Source of the DNA: Escherichia coli
GTDB taxonomy: Bacteria > Pseudomonadota > Gammaproteobacteria > Enterobacterales > Enterobacteriaceae
DNA length: 64,000 nt
Strand: one strand, 5' to 3'
Assembly (NCBI RefSeq): GCF_003019035.1
Contig: NZ_CP027447.1
The notes beneath the pieces are model-generated. The model was not told where the DNA came from and did not search any database. It was given only the letters and a program-made list of their open reading frames with translations. The position numbers and the translations under genes were made by a program. Shown in pieces: positions 51,858 through 62,160 of this stretch (its first letter is position 1; the number at the start of each line of letters is the position of its first letter).

Positions 51858-52421
51858 ATGGCGGGTGAAAGCTTTATTTTGATGGGCGTTTCAGGGAGTG
51901 GTAAAACATTAATTGGTAGCAAGGTTGCCGCGTTATTATCTGCTAAATTTATTGATGGTGACGATCTTCATCCAGCCAAAAATATAGATAAAATGTCGCA
52001 GGGTATTCCATTATCTGATGAAGATCGACTTCCCTGGCTGGAACGCTTAAATGATGCTTCATACAGTCTTTATAAAAAGAATGAAACAGGATTTATTGTC
52101 TGTTCATCATTAAAAAAACAGTATCGTGATATTTTACGCAAGGGTAGCCCCCATGTTCATTTCCTCTGGTTAGATGGCGACTATGAAACTATTCTCGCGC
52201 GAATGCAGCGGCGGGCTGGGCATTTTATGCCGGTAGCGTTACTAAAAAGTCAGTTTGAGGCGCTGGAGCGTCCACAAGCAGATGAACAGGATATTGTGCG
52301 CATTGATATCAACCATGATATTGCCAATGTCACCGAACAATGTCGGCAGGCTGTGCTGGCGATACGACAAAACAGAATATGTGCGAAAGAGGGCAGCGCC
52401 TCAGATCAGCGCTGCGAATGA
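51858..52421 (+). CDS. idnK: Thermosensitive gluconokinase
   Basis: P-loop GVSGSGKT of the gluconokinase family; divergent from idnD. Confidence 0.88.
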   Translation: MAGESFILMGVSGSGKTLIGSKVAALLSAKFIDGDDLHPAKNIDKMSQGIPLSDEDRLPWLERLNDASYSLYKKNETGFIVCSSLKKQYRDILRKGSPHVHFLWLDGDYETILARMQRRAGHFMPVALLKSQFEALERPQADEQDIVRIDINHDIANVTEQCRQAVLAIRQNRICAKEGSASDQRCE

Positions 52422-52424
52422 TTT

Positions 52425-53444
52425 TCAAAAATCGGCTTTCAACACCACGCGGTAACGCGCCTTACCGTCGCGCACATGCTGGATGGCGTCGTTAATTTTC
52501 GACATCGGGAACAGTTCGGTAGTTGGCGCAACCTTGCTGCGGGCGGCAAAGCGCATCAGCTTACGCAGCTCATAAGGCGTGCCGGTAGCAGAGCCAGAGA
52601 CGCAGCGGTCGCCCGCAATTAACGTAAAGGCCGGAACAGACAGCGGCGTGAGAACCGCACCGACCGTATGGAAATTACCGCCATACGTCAGCGCCTCAAA
52701 ATAAGGCTGCCAGTCGAGGCTGACGTTCACAGTATTGATAATGAGATCAAACTGCCCCGCCAGAGTTTTCAGTGCCTGCGGATCGCGGCTATTCACCACT
52801 TTATCGGCACCCATCGCCAGTACTTCCTGCTCTTTCGCCGGATTTGAACTAAAGGCTGTCACCTCGCATCCCATTGCGTGCAGAAGTTTTATAGCGATAT
52901 GCCCCAGCCCGCCAATACCAATTACCCCAACGCGGCTGGTAGCAGTGATATGGTGCATCAACAGTGGTTTAAAGACCGTGATACCGCCGCACAACAGCGG
53001 CCCGGCGGACTCGATATCAATATTTTCTGGCAGCGGAATCACCCATTGCCAGTCCGCACGCAACTTCTCGGCAAAGCCGCCGCGATTCATAATTGTTGGC
53101 ACCGCACCTTGCTCGCAGTTGATCTGATTACCGCTAATACAGGCATCGCAATGCCCGCAGCTGCGTGCCGTCCAGCCAATCCCGACACGCTGACCGACCT
53201 GCAAACCTTTATCCTGTGCGGCACTCCCGAGCGCCACCACGCGACCAATCACCTCATGCCCGGCAACCAGCGGATACTGTGAAAATCCCCATTCATTGTC
53301 GATCATCGATAGATCGGAATGGCAGATCCCGCAATAATCCACCTGCACTTCAACATCTTGTGGCCTCAGCTCACCGGGATCGTACTCATAAACTTCCAGT
53401 TCGCCGCCCGCTTCTTTTGCGGCATAGCTTTTTATCATCGACAT
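52425..53444 (-). CDS. ahr: NADPH-dependent aldehyde reductase Ahr (YjgB), 339 aa
   Basis: Zn-ADH motifs ([11 protein letters not shown]); internal ATG start chosen. Confidence 0.88.
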   Translation of the reverse strand: MSMIKSYAAKEAGGELEVYEYDPGELRPQDVEVQVDYCGICHSDLSMIDNEWGFSQYPLVAGHEVIGRVVALGSAAQDKGLQVGQRVGIGWTARSCGHCDACISGNQINCEQGAVPTIMNRGGFAEKLRADWQWVIPLPENIDIESAGPLLCGGITVFKPLLMHHITATSRVGVIGIGGLGHIAIKLLHAMGCEVTAFSSNPAKEQEVLAMGADKVVNSRDPQALKTLAGQFDLIINTVNVSLDWQPYFEALTYGGNFHTVGAVLTPLSVPAFTLIAGDRCVSGSATGTPYELRKLMRFAARSKVAPTTELFPMSKINDAIQHVRDGKARYRVVLKADF

Positions 53445-53639
53445 GCTTTTATCCTTCTCTGGTGTTGTCTGGGAAGTGTAGAGCATGGCAGGGCGGAGTG
53501 CCTGGAGTGTGACAAAGGTTACACATCGCTGAGTGTAATGCTGAAAATTTCAGCACTTAGCGAGATGCGAGCAAGCTGGCGCTTGCATGGTGGCGTGCGA
53601 CAGGTATAATCCACAACGTTTTCCGCATACCTCTTCAGT

Positions 53640-53724
53640 GCCGAAGTGGCGAAATCGGTAGACGCAGTTGATTCAAAATCAACCGTAGAAATACGTGCCG
53701 GTTCGAGTCCGGCCTTCGGCACCA
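53640..53724 (+). tRNA. leuX: tRNA-Leu (anticodon CAA)
   Basis: GCCGAAGTGGCGAAATCGGTAGACGCAGTTGATTCAAAATCAACCGTAGAAATACGTGCCGGTTCGAGTCCGGCCTTCGGCACCA; anticodon loop TTCAAAA; encoded CCA end. Confidence 0.95.
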
Positions 53725-53913
53725 TACAAAGCTTTTTTTAAGTCTACTAACGTCTACTTTAGTCCATAAAAACAGTAAGTTAAGCGAGTTTCTGACTTGG
53801 CTTAGTCTGTTAACGTCTACTCAATTCCTTGAACATATACCAACCGATGATGGTATAACTGATGGTATTCCCGGTTCGATTGATTTTGATACCAACACAG
53901 GAGGTATCAACTG

Positions 53914-55161
53914 ATGGCTCTCACGGATATCAAAGTTAGGACTACCAAGCCCTCTGACAAACCCTTCAAACTTACTGATGGGCAGGGTATGCACCTCCTG
54001 GTCAACCCCAATGGTTCAAAATACTGGCGACTCCAATACCGTTTCGATGGCAAACAAAAAGTTTTAGCATTGGGTGTTTATCCAATGGTCTCTCTTGGTG
54101 AAGCTCGCAGGAAACGAGATGAGGCCAAAAAGTTGGTATCTGATGGTATCGACCCTTCCGAGAAGAAAAAAGCAGACAAGATCGAGCAGAGCGAAGCCCT
54201 GACATTCGAAGCTGTTGCAAGGGACTGGCATACTGCCTGTAAAAGGAAATGGTCAGATTCCCATAGTGAAAGGGTTTTAAAGAGCCTTGAAGACAACCTT
54301 TTCTCTTCCATAGGACAGAGAAAAATAGCCGAGCTTAAAACTAAGGATCTTCTCGAACCAGTCAAAACTGTTGCGGCTTCTGGACGACTAGAAGTAGCTG
54401 CTCGTCTGCAACAACGAACCACAGCAATCATGCGATATGCCGTCCAGAATGGCTTAATTGACTACAATCCAGCACAAGATATGTCTGGGGCAATTACAGT
54501 TGCGAAACGAACCCACAGACCAGCCTTACCATTTGATAGGTTCTCAGAGCTTTTAGAGCGCATTGAAAGCTTTAAAGGTAGGAAACTTACTAAATTAGTT
54601 GTGAAGCTGACATTGCTCATTTTTATCCGTTCCAGTGAACTCCGATTCGCAAGATGGTCGGAGATCGACTTTGAAAATGCGATGTGGACTATCCCTGGAG
54701 AACGCGAGCCATTACCAGGAGTCAAACATTCCCATCGAGGCTCAAAAATGAAGACCCCACACCTCGTGCCGTTAAGTCGTCAGGCCTTAGAACTTCTAAA
54801 AGTCATCAGAGAAATCAGCGGTGAATGCGACCTTGTATTCATTGGCGATCATGATTTCAGAAAACCTATGAGCGAAAACACAGTCAACAAGGCACTAAGG
54901 TCAATGGGTTATGACACAACCGTTGAGGTATGTGGGCATGGTTTTAGAGCAATGGCTTGTAGTGCTTTGATCGAGTCAGGAAAGTGGTCGAGAGATGCTG
55001 TTGAACGGCAGATGAGCCATCAGGAGCGGAACTCCGTTCGTGCCGCATACATTCATAAAGCTGAGCATTTGGACGAGCGTAGGTTGATGTTGCAGTGGTG
55101 GGCTGATTATCTTGATGAAACAACTAAGAGAAGAATTGCACCTTTCGATTTTAATAACTAA
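53914..55161 (+). CDS. int: P4-type tyrosine integrase (IntB-like)
   Basis: N-terminus MALTDIKVRTTKPSDKPFKLTDGQGMHLLVNPNGSKYWRLQYRFDGK typical of P4-family integrases; AGGAGG RBS; tRNA-adjacent. Confidence 0.9.
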   Translation: MALTDIKVRTTKPSDKPFKLTDGQGMHLLVNPNGSKYWRLQYRFDGKQKVLALGVYPMVSLGEARRKRDEAKKLVSDGIDPSEKKKADKIEQSEALTFEAVARDWHTACKRKWSDSHSERVLKSLEDNLFSSIGQRKIAELKTKDLLEPVKTVAASGRLEVAARLQQRTTAIMRYAVQNGLIDYNPAQDMSGAITVAKRTHRPALPFDRFSELLERIESFKGRKLTKLVVKLTLLIFIRSSELRFARWSEIDFENAMWTIPGEREPLPGVKHSHRGSKMKTPHLVPLSRQALELLKVIREISGECDLVFIGDHDFRKPMSENTVNKALRSMGYDTTVEVCGHGFRAMACSALIESGKWSRDAVERQMSHQERNSVRAAYIHKAEHLDERRLMLQWWADYLDETTKRRIAPFDFNN

Positions 55162-55179
55162 CTGATTTTTATAAGTAAA

Positions 55180-55218
55180 ATGGCGTATTCAATAACCAAT
55201 TGAGACGCCATTTTTTTA
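55180..55218 (+). terminator. Rho-independent terminator after int
   Basis: ATGGCGT...ACGCCAT hairpin followed by TTTTTTTATTT. Confidence 0.6.
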
Positions 55219-55230
55219 TTTGCGATTTAT

Positions 55231-56142
55231 GTGCTATTACGAAGTAAAGCTTTTTACAACGGAGTGGCATTAATGAAATCTTGGGTAAAAATGAATAGTT
55301 GGACATCAGAAGACACCAAAGCAGTGAAAACGTGGTTTGATTTGGACAAATATCGAGAGTTTGAAAACATTTCTATTAATATGCTTTACCATGAAATATG
55401 GGCGAGAACCTATTTTTTCAAACCAGTAATAGAAGAAGGAATGCAGAACACAGTATTGAAAAATTATATGCAGATATTGGATGGTGATCCTTTTCTTATC
55501 AAAGAGAAGCACTTAAATTATATGGATGCCGAAAATAAATTATATCAACCCCCATACTTTTTTATTACTACTGTTGATCGAATAGCAAATATCAGTTTTG
55601 ATTGTATGAGAAAGGCTTTATTCATTAGAGCAAATACAGAACAATATAAAATTGATTCCACTATTGAAAATGAATATATTTCCGAAAAAATTCCTGAACA
55701 GTTTCCTACTACGATTATGTTAGAAATCGATCTTGCGGGTGGAAGCGATGATGAGATAGCTGAGGCCCTGCGAGTATCATTACCACAATGGCGAAAAGTA
55801 AAAGGCGTTAAACCTGCACCACTTGATGCAGTCAGATTTGGTTATGGGGCAATAAAAAAATTAATTAGCTATCGAATTATTCCTATGCTTGATTTGCTCG
55901 CATGGTCAGAAAGAAAAAAAGTACTTCTGTCAGACGACAGATTATCTCGATTGCTATACACGGATGAAGATGATGATAAGGCGATTCGCCAAGGATATCA
56001 TATAAGAGATGCTGATCGGCCTTTCGCAATGAAAACTGTAGAAATTGATTTTTTAAGGCAATTTAACTTTTTTATCAATAAAAATCAGCATGTTAAAGAA
56101 ATGAGGGTTTCGGATGTTATGAAACTCTCAGATTCTGAGTGA
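55231..56142 (+). CDS. Hypothetical protein (about 290-303 aa) between int and alpA
   Basis: Uninterrupted AT-rich ORF; likely true start is ATG at 55273 (GGAG 9 nt upstream); no recognisable motifs. Confidence 0.6.
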   Translation: MLLRSKAFYNGVALMKSWVKMNSWTSEDTKAVKTWFDLDKYREFENISINMLYHEIWARTYFFKPVIEEGMQNTVLKNYMQILDGDPFLIKEKHLNYMDAENKLYQPPYFFITTVDRIANISFDCMRKALFIRANTEQYKIDSTIENEYISEKIPEQFPTTIMLEIDLAGGSDDEIAEALRVSLPQWRKVKGVKPAPLDAVRFGYGAIKKLISYRIIPMLDLLAWSERKKVLLSDDRLSRLLYTDEDDDKAIRQGYHIRDADRPFAMKTVEIDFLRQFNFFINKNQHVKEMRVSDVMKLSDSE

Positions 56143-56262
56143 TATGAATATCCAGAGACTCATAGTTTCGAGCCAAGGATGGCTCTGGTGTTCGTAATCT
56201 CGCTTCATCCATTCGAAATTCATTTGTACTGTAGCCCTGTAGACACAACAGAGGACATACAC

Positions 56263-56466
56263 ATGGAAAATCAAGCTCGTCTCATCCGTTTACCAGAAGT
56301 CATGAAGAAAACTGGATTTGGTAAAGCGTGGATCTATAGGCTTATCAGCAAGGGATGTTTTCCTCAACCAGTAAAAATTGGTCTTCGTGCAGTAGCTTTT
56401 GTAGAGAGCGAAGTAGATAATTGGATCCATGAAACGATTAGTTCTTCGAGAAATAAAGTTTCTTAG
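56263..56466 (+). CDS. alpA: AlpA-family phage/island transcriptional regulator (67 aa)
   Basis: MENQARLIRLPEVMKKTGFGKAWIYRLISKGCFPQPVKIGLRAVAFVESEVDNWI is the AlpA/Prophage_CP4-57 HTH signature; GAGGA RBS. Confidence 0.85.
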   Translation: MENQARLIRLPEVMKKTGFGKAWIYRLISKGCFPQPVKIGLRAVAFVESEVDNWIHETISSSRNKVS

Positions 56467-56913
56467 AAAATAAATAAAGAATATTAACACAAATTGTTAG
56501 ACTTTATGGTTGATGTTAATTAAGAGACGATTATGGTATATTAATATAATTTATGAGGTTGAATCCATTTTAAAAAATGGGGTAATAAAAAGGGGCTGTT
56601 TAGAAGCAATTACGCATTGTTATTCTAAATATGAACTAATTAATTATAAAATATCTTTTTTATTTTAAAATGATTATTGTGGTTCTTTCTTCAAATGTCA
56701 ATTTCCTTAACCTATTAAATTAGTGGATCACCGTAATGTATAAGAGTGAACCGTTTGTATTAGATTTTACTTATGAATATTTAGTCGTTTTCACTCAGGC
56801 ATCAAATTGTTGATGAATATATGTTGATTTTGATTCAAAACGAAATAGTCTATTTCTTATACATTTGATATAAAGGGTTATATTGGTATGCTGTACATCA
56901 GAAATGATATGCT

Positions 56914-57168
56914 TTATTTGTTTTTCGCTAATGCTACATATCGTCTATAATATGCAATTGCGCTATATTTTGTCGTATTCATTTTTTCAGCAACTTCTTT
57001 CCATTTTAAACCTGATGATCTTAGTTCAAAAGCAAGCTTTCTTTTTTCAGTTGCTACCCTTTCGTAATTCTCACGGCTAATGCCGTAATATTTTATCACT
57101 GTTGAACGAGATACACCTGCAGCCTTAGCTAAGTCTTTTGCTTTAATTAATTTCCCATGAATTATCAT
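56914..57168 (-). CDS. Small HTH DNA-binding protein (84 aa)
   Basis: HTH-like segment (KAKDLAKAAGVSRSTVIKYY); overlaps the stop of the upstream rep gene by 4 bp. Confidence 0.55.
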   Translation of the reverse strand: MIIHGKLIKAKDLAKAAGVSRSTVIKYYGISRENYERVATEKRKLAFELRSSGLKWKEVAEKMNTTKYSAIAYYRRYVALAKNK

Positions 57169-58013
57169 AATAATGCCTCCAATGCTATTTCTAATTTTTT
57201 TTGCGTTTTTCTTGTTTTTTTTGCTCTTATTGATTGTATTGTCGAAAATTTCTGAATTGAAAAATTACGCCATGTCCATTTACAAATACTGCTACAAATT
57301 TGTTTTGTCTCTTCATGAGATAATGGATTATGAGGGTTGCTATGATTATTAAGTAAAGTCGCTTTTGATAGCATATCATAAAAAAAACAACGATAGTTTT
57401 TACGTTTTTTAAAACTTAATACTTCTTTATAAGCAATAATTCTTAAATCTTCGAATAAGTTAACGTTGCGGCCCAACCCATGTATAACACTTTTCTTTTT
57501 ACTCGAAATTCTTATTTTGTCTGGGATAAAATCTAAGAGGTATTGTAGATCATATGCTGAAGTATTTGTCCATGTCGTTCTCCATTCATGAATGTTGAGA
57601 GGGTTTTTCATTAAAACATCAGCATAAGCTCTGTCTGCATCTAACCTTTCTGTAAATCCACTCTGAACAATAGCGGCCAATTTTAAAGGCTTATCTCTTG
57701 CCATGTCTGTTTTTAATACCGGATTTTTTAAAGCATAAAGTAAATGAGCATGGCCATTTTTTATGTTTTGTATGATCGTATTTGGTATTGGTAAACCAAC
57801 TAAGTCCCATGCGACCGCTCCATATTTGTGATCTATATCAAAAACCAAACCGTTAATAAAAGATTTGTTATTAAAACAAATATATTTCTTTAGAAGGGCT
57901 TTGTCTTTAGGGGCTCTGTATACCCCATCTCTAAAATCATCACAGCATAAAGCATATTTTTGAATTTGCAGCTTGTATTTTTCTACATTATATATATTTT
58001 CGTCATTTAACAT
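57165..58013 (-). CDS. Putative replication initiation protein (plasmid/satellite Rep-like), 282 aa
   Basis: Family-level resemblance to plasmid replicase/primase-type initiators, recalled from memory; flanked by AT-rich non-coding DNA. Confidence 0.45.
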   Translation of the reverse strand: MLNDENIYNVEKYKLQIQKYALCCDDFRDGVYRAPKDKALLKKYICFNNKSFINGLVFDIDHKYGAVAWDLVGLPIPNTIIQNIKNGHAHLLYALKNPVLKTDMARDKPLKLAAIVQSGFTERLDADRAYADVLMKNPLNIHEWRTTWTNTSAYDLQYLLDFIPDKIRISSKKKSVIHGLGRNVNLFEDLRIIAYKEVLSFKKRKNYRCFFYDMLSKATLLNNHSNPHNPLSHEETKQICSSICKWTWRNFSIQKFSTIQSIRAKKTRKTQKKLEIALEALL

Positions 58014-58561
58014 TTATAATCTCCTTATTGTATTCTCCATTTTATTGTATTTTTCTAAAAAGGAGATGCATATTATTTTTATAATTATTTAATAAGGGAT
58101 TTTAAAAGTTTGTCAAGTGTCTAAAAGCCATATCAGATATTAGGTGTTTCTTTTAGGGTTATAATAACAAGAGGGAGGTGCTTCAATGACAATATAAATG
58201 ATGATAGTTTTTTTTAAGTGCAGCTCATAAATCATTATGGCATATTGTAATATGATTACTTTTTATCTGATTAAAAGTAAATATCGATCGCAGATCTTTT
58301 AATTTAATTGTTAATTCAATAATCTGGTCTTGTCAAATTTTCATGGTTAAACTTCAACTTCCTTTATATACAAATCAGATATTTTAAATTTATAACAACA
58401 ATATTTGTAAGCCATAGGAGATATAGAATGTATAAGTTAATTTTTTTTCCAGTTAATACCTGTGATTGTTTTTATTTTGGCGATATAGTTCATTACTTGA
58501 CAATTTAAAAAAAGAATATATAAGTATTTAGATTGATATAGTTAAATTTAAGGATGGTACC

Positions 58562-58975
58562 ATGCAAAATACAAAGCTTAATATTATGGAGCGATATTTG
58601 ATACTGCTCGATAAGTTTGTCGATAAAATTATCGAATCAGGCGTTTCTGAACAACAATTGATCGAGAAGTCGTATCTGTTCTGTGCAGGGTATTATATTA
58701 AGTACCAGCAAGAAATTGAAAGGCTGACATTCTCAAATAAAGATGTCGTTTTAACATTTCTATTATTTTCATACTACAATTATATTAATGAGTTAGATAA
58801 TAATTTAATTAACAAAGTAAGGATGAGGAGAACATGTTCATTACTTATTAATTTCATTGTCGATAATGGTAGTCAGACAGAAAAAATTTATGTGCAGGAA
58901 AAAAAGAAGTACAAATCTTATACATTGAAAAGGGATTTATCAGTAAAGAATAAAAGGAAAAAATATGGTTTATAA
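58562..58975 (+). CDS. Hypothetical protein, 137 aa
   Basis: ORF with AAGGA RBS; AT-rich; basic C-terminus. Confidence 0.5.
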   Translation: MQNTKLNIMERYLILLDKFVDKIIESGVSEQQLIEKSYLFCAGYYIKYQQEIERLTFSNKDVVLTFLLFSYYNYINELDNNLINKVRMRRTCSLLINFIVDNGSQTEKIYVQEKKKYKSYTLKRDLSVKNKRKKYGL

Positions 58976-59292
58976 CAATATGAAAACTTCCGTGATTTGA
59001 ATTTAAGGCTTTCACCTTATTATCCGATGCCTACATGAAAAATGCCAAAACTTACATAGCTTGCTCCAGCACAAGCAATGTAGAAATCAACTTTATCTCC
59101 TTTAAACATAATCGTGATTGTTTCGTTGCTTCCATGGAGTACCGATGGCAGGGATTTATATCGTTGTCTGGGACTGACCGTTATGCTTATTGTATAAACA
59201 TTTATCTTTGCTGCCAGAAGGGCTCAGACTGTAAGATTCGATAAGGATGCTAACATATTCTATTCGCGATTTTACCGTTCAAGATTTTAATT

Positions 59293-59964
59293 TTAAAATT
59301 GTATTGACTTAATAACGCTTCTGAGTGCGTTATCAAATCTTTGGCTTCTTCTCTTTATCCATTTAATGCAGGTAAAGCTTCCAAGTCGTGAGGCAAAATA
59401 GGTTAACCACATATATTTGTGTTCGTCAAAAACATATCCAGATTTAAACCCCCATGGCAATACAAAAAATGAAATAATCGCAATGCAACAAAGCAAGATA
59501 AATATGGTGGAAAAAAATTTAGGAACAGGCATCGCCCTATAATAAAATGCCATCGAAGCGTTAGGGAAAAGTACGGTGAGAAACGCAGGGATAATAATTG
59601 TCTTTCTATTTAAGTTGACTTCGTATTCACCCGTGGTTGTATTAACAATGAGAGCATCTTTGAAGGCACTAAATGAACCATTAACTCTATACTGGCGAAG
59701 CTCGTATTTACAAATTTTGTGAGATTTTATAAATGTGATACCAAAGGCTGGAATCTGTGTCTCATCCCCCGTATCGGTTTTAACCCAAACTTGGTCAGTA
59801 ATTGGGAGGGGACTGATGACAGTAGCAGAAAAGGTCTCAACGAACATGTAGGTTTCGCCGAACAACTCGAATTTAGGTGTTGTCATCTCAGCTTTCGTTT
59901 CCCGGCGACTTAACGGGTCAATGTTAACTTCTTTATTGCAGTGTTTCGTGATGGAGCTGCTCAT
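59293..59964 (-). CDS. Hypothetical membrane-anchored protein, 223 aa
   Basis: Soluble N-terminal domain followed by two hydrophobic helices (IIIPAFLTVLFP..., FSTIFILLCCIAIISFFVL). Confidence 0.5.
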   Translation of the reverse strand: MSSSITKHCNKEVNIDPLSRRETKAEMTTPKFELFGETYMFVETFSATVISPLPITDQVWVKTDTGDETQIPAFGITFIKSHKICKYELRQYRVNGSFSAFKDALIVNTTTGEYEVNLNRKTIIIPAFLTVLFPNASMAFYYRAMPVPKFFSTIFILLCCIAIISFFVLPWGFKSGYVFDEHKYMWLTYFASRLGSFTCIKWIKRRSQRFDNALRSVIKSIQF

Positions 59965-60249
59965 ACAAATTCCTATGTTTAAGATGAAATCAGATTCGAT
60001 GATGTATGAAATCGTTCAGTTCCAAAGATGGAATAATGTCTGCCATTTCCAGTACCGGTGCATTAATGAAAAGGATATAGACTAGTAAAATCATAATGTT
60101 AGCATTACAGTGTGAACTAACATTTTGACTAGGTTTACAGGAAACGCAAATCACTTGTACCGATCGATTAACAAATAATGATAGATTATAGCTATCAGTC
60201 TATCTTTATCGATCGGTATAAACGATCAATTTTAGGGGTATGTTGCTTA

Positions 60250-61518
60250 CTAAAATCTACATGTAAGGTGGTAATGTTGCCTTGGCGGCACTAAATTGCC
60301 GTCAAGTAAAGGCTCCACAAAAGTGTTTTTGGGATTGATGGGATGGATTTCTATCTTCATCGCTTCAGTGATGACTTGGTGCTTTGCGGGGCGTCTAAGA
60401 ATTGGGATTTTAAGTTGTCTCAGCAGACGATAAATCGTATCAAGGTAAGGGATGGTTTCCATCCATCTGAATGCTGAGACCTCGTAGCTTTGATTAGGCA
60501 TCTCTTTTACGGCTATAGTAGCTATCGCTTTCTTACTCCCTGCTAAAGCTTCCGAGGAACACTTCTCTTCTACATAAGCGACAGCACTTTCGTCTTTACC
60601 TGCATGCCTATCAATAATAAAAGCTTCGAAGGAGTTTTTAACGTTTTCCTTTAATATTTCGTTTGGATTCGCTTTAGTGATAGTTGCTTTTAGGTCAAAC
60701 AGAAAGCCGTTATCGCGTTCTGGTCTATAATCGAGTTTACCCTGCAAGGTCGACCATGAATAACACTTAGCTAATTGCGAAGCTTTGAAAGCAATCCCGG
60801 CGTATTCGAATGAGAAACCATTCATTTTACCTGTAGATGTGATATTGGGTAATGCATTAATATTTTGTTCAAAAAGCTGTTGGACAAACTCAGTGGTCGA
60901 TACTCTTTTAGAAACTAACGTCTCTAAAGCGTTCTGGATGATGGTTTTTGGGCATTGTTCACCTGTCCTTTTCTCTTGCATCGCTTCATTTCGTGTTTTT
61001 TTTCGTTTTAGTTTAGGGCAGGGCAATGCTAAAGAGGTTTTTGTTTTAGGGCCTTTGGTTCTTAGTAGCGAATAGTCGTGTTCAAGCTGTTGGATAATGC
61101 GTGTACTAATCAGGTTTTCATTTTTTCCGAGATAGAGTTTGCCTGTAATACGGTCTATGCGGCTGGCGATAATGTGGATGTGTTGACCGACCGCATCGTC
61201 ATGCAACACGTAGCATCTGAGATGCGTTTCCGAGAAGCCGATGCGCTTCATATAGTCATCAGCTATAGCGGACCACTGAGCATCGGTTAGCACTTCGTCC
61301 TTTGGTAAACGAAGCGAATTGTGCCAAACAGGTTTATCCACATCAGGGCGAAGCGTTTTTGTTAGATTGAATTCAGTGATCAGATCTTTCGCTGCACACC
61401 CATCCATATTTCCCCCGATCACGACAGGAGCTACCCTATGATGAGAATCTGGTTTTAACGTATAGAGGACGATCCCGATAAAATTCTTACCTCTGCGGAT
61501 CTTTTGCATTCCCTTCAT
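60250..61518 (-). CDS. Mobilization relaxase (MobA/VirD2-type), about 422 aa
   Basis: Histidine-triad-like motif HDDAVGQHIHIIASRID typical of relaxases; ATG at 61518 with GGGGAG RBS, overlapping mobC 3' end; track ORF starts at an upstream TTG. Confidence 0.75.
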   Translation of the reverse strand: MKGMQKIRRGKNFIGIVLYTLKPDSHHRVAPVVIGGNMDGCAAKDLITEFNLTKTLRPDVDKPVWHNSLRLPKDEVLTDAQWSAIADDYMKRIGFSETHLRCYVLHDDAVGQHIHIIASRIDRITGKLYLGKNENLISTRIIQQLEHDYSLLRTKGPKTKTSLALPCPKLKRKKTRNEAMQEKRTGEQCPKTIIQNALETLVSKRVSTTEFVQQLFEQNINALPNITSTGKMNGFSFEYAGIAFKASQLAKCYSWSTLQGKLDYRPERDNGFLFDLKATITKANPNEILKENVKNSFEAFIIDRHAGKDESAVAYVEEKCSSEALAGSKKAIATIAVKEMPNQSYEVSAFRWMETIPYLDTIYRLLRQLKIPILRRPAKHQVITEAMKIEIHPINPKNTFVEPLLDGNLVPPRQHYHLTCRF

Positions 61519-61924
61519 CGGAGTCTCCCCACAAGTCGGCGGTGATGAGATGTAAGCGAAGATCGGCAATTTGTCGCTTCACTGCAAATAGTTCCGTTTT
61601 TGTCAGGTGGCTTCCGGTACTTTTGTTATCAAGGTGGGCAACAATTTTATTTAGTTTCTGTGAAAGGTCAGCTAAAGATCTCCATGCTTTTATATTAATA
61701 GCTGGAACAACACCAGGAAGCGCATTAAGAAAAGATAAACGAAGCCATTCCCCTTTGCGATGCTGGCCACGTTTTTCATTTAGAAGCGTCAGCTCTTTAT
61801 CATTAAGCCTGACACTGACGCAATGATTACGAATTTGCTTGCGTGAAAGCTTCGTTTCGCAAGAGCTTCTACAGGAAGCTCGCGTATTTATAATAGTCTT
61901 ATTGAAATTATTATTACTGACCAT
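61487..61924 (-). CDS. mobC: MobC-type mobilization accessory protein (145 aa)
   Basis: Characteristic RLNDKELTLLNEKRGQ... segment directly upstream of the relaxase; AAGAGG RBS. Confidence 0.7.
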   Translation of the reverse strand: MVSNNNFNKTIINTRASCRSSCETKLSRKQIRNHCVSVRLNDKELTLLNEKRGQHRKGEWLRLSFLNALPGVVPAINIKAWRSLADLSQKLNKIVAHLDNKSTGSHLTKTELFAVKRQIADLRLHLITADLWGDSDEGNAKDPQR

Positions 61925-62054
61925 ATTAACCTCTTTTTAAATATATAAATAAAAATATTATTTTATTTATATAATAAAATAGTCAGATGTCAATATACAT
62001 GTATTATATTGATTTTAACTTTTTTCAACTGAAAGGCGAAAAAACAAGGGGAAA

Positions 62055-62084
62055 CTCAATGAAGCAGCGTAGCGCTTCGTTGAG
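62055..62084. promoter_or_regulatory. Candidate oriT inverted repeat upstream of mobC
   Basis: CTCAATGAAGC-(8 nt)-GCTTCGTTGAG imperfect 11-bp inverted repeat in the AT-rich region between mobC and the divergent gene. Confidence 0.4.
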
Positions 62085-62160
62085 TTAGCCCTTGCTTTAA
62101 CAATATTGACCAAAATCTCTTTTTAATATAAAATGAATCCTAAGAGGGATGGAGGTATAC

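Noticed and set aside
59035-59244. 69-aa plus-strand ORF between the 137-aa and 223-aa genes
   Set aside because: No convincing RBS and low-complexity composition; kept only as a possibility, not called.
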